From: Candidatus Rokuibacteriota bacterium
Lineage (GTDB): Bacteria > JAUVQV01 > DATDCY01
Assembly (NCBI GenBank): GCA_031406795.1
Contig: JANOHV010000224.1
Coordinates: 1 to 51,564, forward strand
Length of the DNA stretch: 51,564 nt
Reading direction: 5' to 3'
Shown piece by piece: positions 35,821-44,338 of the stretch (position 1 is its first letter; each line of letters opens with the position of its first letter). A program made the translations under genes and the position numbers. The notes under the pieces are model-generated. The model saw nothing but the letters and a program-made list of their open reading frames with translations. It had not been told where the DNA came from and did no database searches.

Positions 35821-37436
35821 CCCGCCCGTCGTGGCCCCGACGCTCCCTTGCCCCCCTCTGGCCGATCCTCGCGGCGGCCCTCTGGCTGGCGGCCCCTGCG
35901 CTCTCCCGGGCCGGCGAGCTGACGCCGGCCCAGCAGCGGGGCCGACAGATCTACATGACCGGTCACAGCCCCTCGGGTAAGCCGATCGTGGCCTACTTCG
36001 GTGAAGAGGGCATCGAGCTGCCCGAAGAGGCCTCGACCTGTAGCGGCTGCCACGGCTACGACGGCACGGGCCGCCCCGAGAGCGGCGTGATCCCCTCCAA
36101 CGTGACGTGGGCGTACCTCACCAAGTCCTATGGCCACGCGCACCCCGACGGCCTGGAGCACCCGCCGTTCACGGTGGAGAACCTCAAGGACTACCTTGAG
36201 TCGGGTGTCTATCCCGGGGGTCGTCCCGGGGACCCGTCGATGCCCATCTACGAGATGTCCGCGCAGGACCTGGACGATCTGGTCGCATACATGAAGCTCG
36301 TGGGTGAGTACACGGACCCCGGAATCGGCGAGACCAGCGTCCGGGTCGGCACGCTGCTGCCGTCCCGGGGGCCGGCCGGCGAGATCGGGCAGGCCATGCG
36401 TGACATCCTGTTGGCCTACTTCGGCGAGATCAACCGGGCCGGGGGCATCTACGGCCGGAAGATCGAATTGGTCGTCCGGGAGGCGCCGGCCCGCGGCGAG
36501 TCCGTCTCCGCGGGGCTCCAGGCCTGGATCGCGGAGCAGGAGCCCTTCGCGCTGGTGAGCACGTTCGTCCCGGGGGCCGGCGCCGGGCTCACGGCCGCGG
36601 CGCCCGGTGCCGACCTGCCCCTCGTCGGGCCCTTCACCGTCTACCCGCTCGACAATTACGCCCTGAACCGGAGCACCTTCTATCTTTTCGCGGGGCTCCG
36701 GGAGCAGCTCCTGTGCCTGATCGACTTCGCGAAACGCCGCGCCGGGCTCGCGAGCCCCCGCGCGGCGCTGGTCTTCCCGGAGATCCCGGATCTCGAGCCG
36801 ATCGTCGCCTCGGTGGAGACCGCCGGCAGAGACAAGGGCTGGAGCGAGGTGCGCAGGGTGCCGTTTCCCGGCCCGGATTTCAACGCGGCGGGGACGGCCA
36901 CCCGGCTCAAGGAGGCCGGGGTCGAAGTCGTCGTCTTTCTCGGGGTCGAGCACCAGACCCGCTCTTTCCTGGAGGCCGCCGCCGCGCTGGAGTGGGCCCC
37001 CGTCGTGCTGACACCGGGCGTGCTGGCTGGAAAGGCCGCTTTCGACGCCCCGCCGAGTTTCGCGGGGCGCCTGTACCTCGCCTACCCCACGCTCCCGCAG
37101 GACCGGGAACCGCGGGCGTCGGGCGAACTCTCCCGGCTGATGAAGGAGCACGGGTTGTCGCCGACCCACCTCCAGGCCACGATCTCGGCCTACAGTTCGG
37201 CGAAACTTCTGGTCGAAGCCCTGCGGCTCTCGGGACGCGCGCTCAGCCGCGCGCAATTCGTCTCGGCGCTCGAAAAACTCTATCGGTTCGAGACGGGCCT
37301 GACGCCGCCGTTGACCTATACGCGCAACCGGCGCATCGGGGCCCTGGGCGCGTACGTGGCGACGCCGCAATCGGCAGCGGGGAAGGCGGGGGCGCTCGGA
37401 ACCGCCGAGTGGGTGGACCTCGAGGACCAGAAGTGA
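35817..37436 (+). CDS. Cytochrome c domain fused to a Leu/Ile/Val-type periplasmic ligand-binding domain
   Basis: Signal peptide; CSGCHG.DG.GRPE; MPIYEM; DPGIGETSVRVG; INRAGGIYGRKIELV. Confidence 0.82.
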   Translation: MTRPSWPRRSLAPLWPILAAALWLAAPALSRAGELTPAQQRGRQIYMTGHSPSGKPIVAYFGEEGIELPEEASTCSGCHGYDGTGRPESGVIPSNVTWAYLTKSYGHAHPDGLEHPPFTVENLKDYLESGVYPGGRPGDPSMPIYEMSAQDLDDLVAYMKLVGEYTDPGIGETSVRVGTLLPSRGPAGEIGQAMRDILLAYFGEINRAGGIYGRKIELVVREAPARGESVSAGLQAWIAEQEPFALVSTFVPGAGAGLTAAAPGADLPLVGPFTVYPLDNYALNRSTFYLFAGLREQLLCLIDFAKRRAGLASPRAALVFPEIPDLEPIVASVETAGRDKGWSEVRRVPFPGPDFNAAGTATRLKEAGVEVVVFLGVEHQTRSFLEAAAALEWAPVVLTPGVLAGKAAFDAPPSFAGRLYLAYPTLPQDREPRASGELSRLMKEHGLSPTHLQATISAYSSAKLLVEALRLSGRALSRAQFVSALEKLYRFETGLTPPLTYTRNRRIGALGAYVATPQSAAGKAGALGTAEWVDLEDQK

Positions 37437-37741
37437 CCCACCCGCGCCGGGCGCATGTCTTCCTCTGCTTCCTGGCGGCCGGCCTCGCTGCCGCGGGGCT
37501 GCTGGCCGCCCACGCCGCGTTCGAGGCGGCGGCGTCGGGCGCCCGACTGGAGCGTGTGGCCGGACTCGTGGCTCGACTCGGGCTGACGGACCTGTGCCTC
37601 TTCACCGACGCGCGTTACGCGCGACACCCGACCCTGGCCGACCGCCACACGCCATTCCAGGAGCACCCGATGTCCCTCGAGCACTTTCCCTCCGGCTCCC
37701 TGATGCCGCCGCCGCCTCACCTGCGCCGAGGCCACCCGTGA
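37433..37741 (+). CDS. Small hypothetical membrane-anchored protein
   Basis: GTGA overlaps on both sides; N-terminal hydrophobic helix; LGLTDLCLFTDARYARHP...PFQEHPMSLEHFPSGS. Confidence 0.65.
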   Translation: MTHPRRAHVFLCFLAAGLAAAGLLAAHAAFEAAASGARLERVAGLVARLGLTDLCLFTDARYARHPTLADRHTPFQEHPMSLEHFPSGSLMPPPPHLRRGHP

Positions 37742-38865
37742 TCGAGAAACAGCTGCATCTGCTGGACTTCACGCTGGCTTCGCTGCTGCGTCGCAAGGGC
37801 AGGAACGTGGCCCTGATCCTCGCGTACGCGGGGGTCGTCTTCCTGCTGGCCTCGGTGTCGTTCTTCGCCCAGGCTCTCAGGGGCGAGGCGGCGCGCGTCC
37901 TGACCGGGGCGCCGGAGCTGACCGTCCAGCGGCTGATGGCGGGCCGGCAGGAACTCGTCCCGGCCGCCTCTGTGGACGTCCTGAGGCACATCCCGGGCGT
38001 GCAGCGCGCGCGCGGCCGGCTGTGGGGCTACTACTACGACGAGGTCTTCGGCGCGAACTACACGCTGATGGTTCCCGAGGCGGCAAAATTCCCGGCCGGC
38101 ACCATCGTCGTGGGCTCGGGGCTCGAGCGCAGCAGCCTGGCGTCGGTCGGCAACCTGCTGGCGTTCCGCACGCACCGGGGCGCCCTCGTCACGCTGGAGA
38201 TCGGCGAGATCCTGCCGCGGGAGGCGGAACTCGTCGCCGCGGATCTGATCCTGATGACCCCGGAAGACTTCCGGGCGATCTTCGGGATGCCGGAGGGTTT
38301 CTTCACCGACGTGGTGCTGAGCGTAGGGAAACCGGGCGAAGTGGCGGCGGTGGCGAAAAGAGTCGTGGCCCAGCTCCCGGACACGAGACCCGTCGCGCGC
38401 GACGAGATCCTGAGGACCTACGAGTCGGTCTTCAGCTGGCGCAGCGGCGTGCTTCTCCTGCTGCTGCTCGGGTCCGTGCTCGCCTTCGCGATCTTCGCCT
38501 GGGACAAGGCCTCGGGCCCGAGCGACGCCGAACGGCGGGAGATCGCCATCTTGAAGGCCGTGGGCTGGGAGACCGGGGACGTGCTCGCGCTGAAGTCCTG
38601 GGAGGGGGTGGTCGTGTCCCTCTCCTCCTTCACGCTCGGGACGGTGTTCGCCTACGTTCACGTCTTCTACGGGTCGGCGGCGCTCCTCGCACCCGTGCTC
38701 AAGGGGTGGTCGGTGCTCTCGCCGGTGTTCCGCCTCTCGCCCCACGTGAACCTGGAACAGCTGGCGACCCTGTGCTTCCTCTGCGTCGTGCCGTACACCA
38801 TGGCGACCGTGGTCCCGGTGTGGCGGTCCGCATCGCTCGACCCGGCCGTGGCCATGAAATCATGA
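37738..38865 (+). CDS. FtsX/LolE-like ABC transporter permease
   Basis: SLLRRKGRN + TM helix; periplasmic loop; ERREIAILKAVGW motif; three C-terminal TM helices; A.LDP..AM end. Confidence 0.85.
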   Translation: MIEKQLHLLDFTLASLLRRKGRNVALILAYAGVVFLLASVSFFAQALRGEAARVLTGAPELTVQRLMAGRQELVPAASVDVLRHIPGVQRARGRLWGYYYDEVFGANYTLMVPEAAKFPAGTIVVGSGLERSSLASVGNLLAFRTHRGALVTLEIGEILPREAELVAADLILMTPEDFRAIFGMPEGFFTDVVLSVGKPGEVAAVAKRVVAQLPDTRPVARDEILRTYESVFSWRSGVLLLLLLGSVLAFAIFAWDKASGPSDAERREIAILKAVGWETGDVLALKSWEGVVVSLSSFTLGTVFAYVHVFYGSAALLAPVLKGWSVLSPVFRLSPHVNLEQLATLCFLCVVPYTMATVVPVWRSASLDPAVAMKS

Positions 38866-38970
38866 TGGCAGTGCTGCTCACGTCATTCCCCGGGTGTCTC
38901 ATCAATTCTCAGGAAATGACCGAATGAATGGGGACGCTGCAATCACCGCAGTACAATAAACCGGCCTTTC

Positions 38971-38984
38971 GTGACAAATATCAC
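38971..38984. promoter_or_regulatory. GTGA-N6-TCAC palindromic operator, copy 3
   Basis: GTGACAAATATCAC, extending to CGTGA...TCACG. Confidence 0.5.
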
Positions 38985-39004
38985 GCTTGCCCTGTGTTGC
39001 ACAA

Positions 39005-39035
39005 GTGTCTCACGCTCTGTCTCATTGATGTGACA
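39005..39035. promoter_or_regulatory. Candidate enhancer (UAS) for a sigma-54 activator
   Basis: GTGTCTCA (39005) plus the inverted repeat TGTCTCA-TTGA-TGTGACA (39018-39035), about 85-115 bp upstream of the -24 box. Confidence 0.45.
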
Positions 39036-39117
39036 GACGGCTTCCCCAAAGAACGACCAGCAGTAAAAATACCAATTACACAAGCAAGTTACGCGATCGT
39101 CCGCAGGGCAGCACGGT

Positions 39118-39133
39118 TGGCACCGTTATTGCA
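39118..39133 (+). promoter_or_regulatory. Sigma-54 (-24/-12) promoter
   Basis: TGGCACCGTTATTGCA, a match to the consensus TGGCAC-N5-TTGCA. Confidence 0.85.
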
Positions 39134-39242
39134 TAGAAAGTGGAAGGGTAAAAATGAATCTGCGAAAAATAGGGTCTAGTGTGTATTTACGCAGACAGTA
39201 TTTTGAGATCTACTTGAATATAACCAGAGAAGGAGTATCGAG

Positions 39243-42200
39243 ATGAAGAGTAGGAAGAGCCGCAGGTTAGGATTCCCGGTTGCCCTGTTCCCGTTGCTCG
39301 TCCTGCTCGTGGGATGGAGTGGCCTGGCTCAGGCGCAAGCGGTCCGGGCTCCGGTGAGCGGCGAAATACAGCTCGTCACGCTCAATAGCACGACCGATAT
39401 CTACTCCGGCGGAACCATCGTCGTCGGCGGACAGACCTACACCATCCCGCGGAATCTGCTGATCGACCTCCCCGCCAACCGACTGACGCTACAGCAGATC
39501 TTCGCGCAGGCTCCCGCCGCGTGCGTCGCCGCCGCCGAGTCCGGACTCGCGAAGAGCGATAGCTGCAATACCAGCGGTACGGGCGGATTCGCCACGATTT
39601 CCGCCAACCGCACCAGCAACCTCAATCTGATCGTCGGCGACATGTTCATCGAAAAGGGCGTCGAGGCGCTGACCGGCACCGTGACCTACATCGACTACGC
39701 CGGCGGCTATTATCGCGTGAACGGCATCCTCAACGATCCCGCCACCGGTGTCATGGTCCGCCTCAACGACCCCGAGGGGCGGCACACCCTGCAGCAGGGC
39801 CCCGGCTGCGCCGGCGGGCCGAACTGCAGCCCCGATCCGCGCTTCGCGCTCGACAAGGACAACTACACCAACCACTTCAGCAACGGCTACCCGCTGTGTA
39901 TTCCGAGCACGCAGCTGCGCACGTTTGCCGATGTTCTTGTCCCCCCGCTCGGCGTCACGACCGCTCAGGCCCTGGCCGACGGCACCGGCGACGTTCTCTG
40001 CCCGTCCACGAACCGGACGGGCCTCAATGCCACGGGGCAGGTGCCCGACTCGCGCAGATTCGCCCCGGTCATGCTCGGGGACCTCATCCAGGCGGAGGGG
40101 AACTTCGAGTCGATCGGCGGCGTCCGTTTCCTCTCGGCGCACACCTCGGGAGTCGGCTTTGCGCTGGGCTCCAAGCCCGATCTGGGCCAGCCGGACTATC
40201 TGACGATGGCCGAAGTCTTCCTGGACGCCATGGGTTTCCAGAACGCGCGGGCCCGGGCGCTCTTCATCGGCTTTTCGACCGGCAACACCGACATGCGCAT
40301 CTGGTCGCGCCACTGGGACCCGAGCACCAACGCAGTCCACGAGTTTCCGCTCGCCTCGACGGTCGGCTGTGACAACATCGCCGGTCCGGGAACGTGCACG
40401 GCGGTCGGGCTCGCCGCCGGCCCCGGCGGGAATATCTTCAAGATGCGCTACGATGTCGACTTTTTCGCCCCGGCCCTGATCGGCAAGAAGCCGGACCTCT
40501 ACCCGTGCGCCGTCATCAGGGCCGACCCCGAGTGGTCGCTGGCGCCCCCCCTGGTCTGCTCCGGCCCCGGGGGACAGAACATCGCGAACAACTTCGCCAT
40601 CATGAGCCCGATGCCGCACGAGATTCACGTGAAGAGCCGCAAGCAGACCGACAGCGTCAAGGTCGGCGGCACGCCGCTGGTCACGCTTGACATCCAGGGC
40701 AACGATTCGCCCAACGGCCAATATATCTTCCCGCTGGGCATCAATCTTGGCGGGATCGAGACGCCGGAGTTCGTCGAGGTCAACCTCAACCTGCTGGCCA
40801 CGCCCTGGCTCTTTACCGGGCTGCCCTGGAATCTCGACCGCCGGCTCGGCCCCGGCGGCTGCCAGAATGCCGGCGGGTGCGAGGGTACGCCGCAGCCCCT
40901 CGACCCCTTCCCGTTCGAGGGCCTCGATCCTCGCCTGCAGGAGCCGCTGCTTCCGACCGGCGGATACAACGACCCGGTCTACACGGCGAGCGCGCTGACC
41001 AGCGTCAGGGACCGCATCCTTTCGTTCGTTTCCGCCGCCGCCGGGAACTTCAACGGCAACGCCACTGTTCTCGCCTGGCCGCCGGTGAATCCGGCCGCCA
41101 TTCCGATCGTCGTTACGCCCCAGGCGATCGCCTGCGCGGCAGGGGGCGGGGGTGGGATCAACATACCGGTGACCGTCAACCACGACCCCGTGACCACGCC
41201 GTTTAATGTCCCCACGACCATCGACGTGCTGCTCAACGACACCGGCAGCTTCCTGCCGGGCACGGTGGTCGTCACCGGCGGGCTGAACCCCTCTTGGTCA
41301 GCCGTCGCTCAGACCGACGGCACGGTGATCTTCACGCCGGTCTTGGGCTTCTCCGGGCAGGCGGTCTTCACGTACACGGTCCAGGACCAGCTCGGGAACG
41401 TCTCGAGCGCGGCGACCGTGACGGTGACGGTCCTCCCCGGCGTCGGCAACACCGCGCCCATCGCAAACAACGACAATGCCGCGACGCTCGACACCACCCC
41501 GCTAATCATCCCCATTCTGGCCAACGACACCGACGAGGGGGCGCCGGTGATTCCGGCGAACGTGAATGTGACCGTGAACCTGCTGACCCAGCCCGCCCAG
41601 GGTGGCGCGGTGCTCAATGCCGACAAGACCGTGACTTACACACCCTTGCCCGGCATTTCGGCGAATGTGAGCTTCACGTACACGGTCAACGACGGGTCCC
41701 TGCTCAATAACATTTCGAACATCGCCACGGTTACCGTCGCCGTGACGGCGAACACGGCGCCGCTGCTGGCCCTGATCGCCGACCGGACGGTTGTCTCGGG
41801 GACGGCGATCAACGTGCTGGCGGTCGGCACCGACAGCCCGGGCGACACGCTCGTGTACTCGCTGGACACCGCGCCGGCCGGCATGACGATCAACCCCGCG
41901 ACGGGGCTGATCAGCTGGACGCCGGGCGGCGCCAACGTCGGCGTCAATCCCGTCACGGTCAGAGTGACCGACCTGGGCACGCTCTTCGCGACGCGGTCCT
42001 TCACCGTTACGGTGACCGGGGATCTCCCCAGAATCACGCTGGCCGAGTACCGGACCGGCTCGTTGCGGTTGCGGGTCGACGGCACGACGACCCTCCCCGG
42101 CGCGGTCATCACGATCTACCGCACGGCGACTCCCACCGGCGTGCCGCTGGGCACCGCGGTCGCCAACGTCGCGGGTGTCTGGACCTTCAGGCTGACCGCC

Positions 42201-42287
42201 GGCCCGGCGCCTGCCGCAGGTAGTTTCGTCAGCGCCGTTTCCAGTGGCGGCGGCACCGCGGCCGGTTTTGTGGTGAATGTCAGATAA
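39243..42287 (+). CDS. Large secreted protein: Cys-rich uncharacterised N-terminal domain + Ig/cadherin-like domains
   Basis: RBS AAGGAG; signal peptide (AQA); about 13 Cys in the first ~630 aa; IDVLLND, NTAPIANND, FTYTV domains; TAPAGMTINPATGLISWTP repeat. Confidence 0.8.
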   Translation: MKSRKSRRLGFPVALFPLLVLLVGWSGLAQAQAVRAPVSGEIQLVTLNSTTDIYSGGTIVVGGQTYTIPRNLLIDLPANRLTLQQIFAQAPAACVAAAESGLAKSDSCNTSGTGGFATISANRTSNLNLIVGDMFIEKGVEALTGTVTYIDYAGGYYRVNGILNDPATGVMVRLNDPEGRHTLQQGPGCAGGPNCSPDPRFALDKDNYTNHFSNGYPLCIPSTQLRTFADVLVPPLGVTTAQALADGTGDVLCPSTNRTGLNATGQVPDSRRFAPVMLGDLIQAEGNFESIGGVRFLSAHTSGVGFALGSKPDLGQPDYLTMAEVFLDAMGFQNARARALFIGFSTGNTDMRIWSRHWDPSTNAVHEFPLASTVGCDNIAGPGTCTAVGLAAGPGGNIFKMRYDVDFFAPALIGKKPDLYPCAVIRADPEWSLAPPLVCSGPGGQNIANNFAIMSPMPHEIHVKSRKQTDSVKVGGTPLVTLDIQGNDSPNGQYIFPLGINLGGIETPEFVEVNLNLLATPWLFTGLPWNLDRRLGPGGCQNAGGCEGTPQPLDPFPFEGLDPRLQEPLLPTGGYNDPVYTASALTSVRDRILSFVSAAAGNFNGNATVLAWPPVNPAAIPIVVTPQAIACAAGGGGGINIPVTVNHDPVTTPFNVPTTIDVLLNDTGSFLPGTVVVTGGLNPSWSAVAQTDGTVIFTPVLGFSGQAVFTYTVQDQLGNVSSAATVTVTVLPGVGNTAPIANNDNAATLDTTPLIIPILANDTDEGAPVIPANVNVTVNLLTQPAQGGAVLNADKTVTYTPLPGISANVSFTYTVNDGSLLNNISNIATVTVAVTANTAPLLALIADRTVVSGTAINVLAVGTDSPGDTLVYSLDTAPAGMTINPATGLISWTPGGANVGVNPVTVRVTDLGTLFATRSFTVTVTGDLPRITLAEYRTGSLRLRVDGTTTLPGAVITIYRTATPTGVPLGTAVANVAGVWTFRLTAGPAPAAGSFVSAVSSGGGTAAGFVVNVR

Positions 42288-42311
42288 GGGCATGGCGCCA
42301 AGGAAGGCTTT

Positions 42312-42572
42312 ATGGCACAGTATGAACGGCGCGAGGGCGGCTCGGACGACCTTGAGTGCACCGTCGCTCTCGCCGCCGAGCTCATCGAGTTGTCCGACAA
42401 AGGGGTCGGCGAGTGTCCGACCGAAGGCTGTCTCGTGCTGAACGGCGTATTGCTGGACTGCGGCTACCGGATTCGCGAATTAGCGGAACGGGAACTTCAG
42501 ATCCACCGCGCCGCCGCACCAACAACGCGGTATTGCGTCGAAGCATCACAACCGGGGAAAAGGGGGGCAGCA
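42312..42572 (+). CDS. Small hypothetical protein, in frame with the next gene and lacking a stop codon
   Basis: RBS AAGGAAGG; helical ~66-aa segment (LIELSDKG...CLVLNGVLLDCGYRIRELAERELQIH) followed by linker-like sequence up to ATG 42573. Confidence 0.45.
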
Positions 42573-44267
42573 ATGAAAAGCATGGCCAGAGGATTGGTAG
42601 CGGTAGTACTGTCGTTCTTGCTGTTTCCGGGTAGCGCTGCGGCAGCCCTGCTGCTGTCCGAAAGCTTCGAGACTGCCGTGCCCCCTGCCGGCTGGATCAA
42701 GCATAGTCCCGACGGCGGCACCGGCTGGAATCGTCAAACCAACGGCACGACGCCGATCCCCGGGTTTGAGAATCTCGTGGGTACGGTGACCACCCCCGCC
42801 GGCGGCGGAAACGGCGTCGCCTTTGCCACCTATCTGACCGGCGGAACCGTGCCGGACATCAACGGAGCCTTCCCCAACGACCAGTGGCTGGTCACTCCGG
42901 GAGTAGCCATAACGACGGCGGGAACGAATCTTACTTTCTGGGTCAGAAAATTCACCGATCTCATCGACAACCTGGAAGTCAAGATCTCCACGACCACCAA
43001 CGCACTGCCCAGCTTCACGACGAGCCTCGCCTTGTACGCGTTCGGCAATGTGCCGGAAGACTGGAACCAGAAAACGATCAGTCTCGACGCGTTTGTCGGC
43101 CAGACGGTCTTCATCGCCTTCAGAGAGTTCGTCGCCGACAATTTCTTCGACGGCGATGCGCTGTTTCTCGATCTGGTGACGATCGCCAGCCCGCTGCTGG
43201 ACCAGACGCTCACGGTGACCGGGCACGCCCCGGCGCGCGCGATGATCGGCGACATCTTCGCGGTGGCGGCGACGGCGACCTCGGGGCTGCCGGTTGCGAT
43301 CACGGCTACGGGTGCGTGCAGCGGCAGCGGCGCGGGTACCGCGCTGGTCACGATGACCGCTACCAACGGCAACTGTCTGGTCGCGTTCAACCAGGCCGGC
43401 GACACCAACTTTGGCGCCGCGCTGCCGGTGATGGAGCAAGTCCGCGCATTCGCGGCGAAGAACGATTTCGACGGGGACGGCCGCTCCGACCTCGGCGTTT
43501 ACAATCCGACCGGCGGCAACTGGTACCTGTTCAAGAGCGCGGAGGGATTCTCGGAGAGCCTGTTCGGCTACGCCGGAACAGTCCCCGTTCCGGGTGACTT
43601 CGACGGTGACGGCCGGGATGACATCGGGGTCTACGACGATCAGGGCGGCAAGTGGTTCCTGTCGAAGAGCCTGGAAGGGCACCAGGAGACGGACTTCGGC
43701 TACGCCGGGACGATCCCGGTGGTCGGGGACTTCGACGGCGACGGTCGGGATGACTTCGGCGTCTACGATGATGCCGGCGGCAGCTGGAACCTGTTCAAGA
43801 GCGCCGCAGGGTTCTTCCACACGACATTCGGCTTTGACGGAACGATCCCGGTCGTGGGAGACTTCGACGGTGACGGCCGGGATGACTTCGGCGTCTACTA
43901 TCCGACCGGCGGCAACTGGTATCTGTTCAAGAGCACGGAAGGGTTCTTCCAGACGGCGTTCGGCTACGCCGGCACGATCCCGGTCGTGGGAGACTTCGAC
44001 GGCGACGGCCGGGATGACATTGGCGTCTACTATCCGCCCGGCGGTAACTGGTACCAGTTCAAGAGCTCGGAGGGTTTCTCGCAGACGACGTTCGGCTACG
44101 CGGGGACCGAACCGGTGGTCGGAGACTTCGACGGCGACGGTCGGGATGACATCGGCGTGTACTATCCCCCCGGCGGCAACTGGTACCTGTTCAAGAGCGC
44201 GGAAGGTTTTTCGCAGACGACGTTCGGGTACGCGGGGACCATGCCGGTTGGCGGCACGCTGCGCTAA
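42573..44267 (+). CDS. Secreted cleaved-adhesin (choice-of-anchor J-like) domain protein with C-terminal FG-GAP/VCBS-like repeats
   Basis: RBS-like AAGGGGGG; signal peptide; LLSESFE..PPAGW, NDQWLVTP, ISLDAFVGQTVFIAFR; six DFDGDGRxD repeats; ends GGTLR. Confidence 0.78.
   Translation: MKSMARGLVAVVLSFLLFPGSAAAALLLSESFETAVPPAGWIKHSPDGGTGWNRQTNGTTPIPGFENLVGTVTTPAGGGNGVAFATYLTGGTVPDINGAFPNDQWLVTPGVAITTAGTNLTFWVRKFTDLIDNLEVKISTTTNALPSFTTSLALYAFGNVPEDWNQKTISLDAFVGQTVFIAFREFVADNFFDGDALFLDLVTIASPLLDQTLTVTGHAPARAMIGDIFAVAATATSGLPVAITATGACSGSGAGTALVTMTATNGNCLVAFNQAGDTNFGAALPVMEQVRAFAAKNDFDGDGRSDLGVYNPTGGNWYLFKSAEGFSESLFGYAGTVPVPGDFDGDGRDDIGVYDDQGGKWFLSKSLEGHQETDFGYAGTIPVVGDFDGDGRDDFGVYDDAGGSWNLFKSAAGFFHTTFGFDGTIPVVGDFDGDGRDDFGVYYPTGGNWYLFKSTEGFFQTAFGYAGTIPVVGDFDGDGRDDIGVYYPPGGNWYQFKSSEGFSQTTFGYAGTEPVVGDFDGDGRDDIGVYYPPGGNWYLFKSAEGFSQTTFGYAGTMPVGGTLR
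43461..44267 (+). repeat. FG-GAP-like cassette A: six ~132-bp (44-aa) repeats
   Basis: Unit GDFDGDGRDDIGVYYPPGGNWYLFKSxEGFxQTxFGYAGTxPVV; period 132 bp (e.g. 43593 to 43725). Confidence 0.9.
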
Positions 44268-44338
44268 CATAATCGTCGTCACATGCTGAAAGGATTACCA
44301 GACGTGGCTGCATTTAGTCGAACTGGAGGGGGAGAGAG

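Noticed and set aside
38928-39179. 83-aa ORF, and short ORFs within 27288-27609
   Set aside because: They lie over AT-richer promoter regions containing sigma-54 and operator motifs; no RBS or coding signature.
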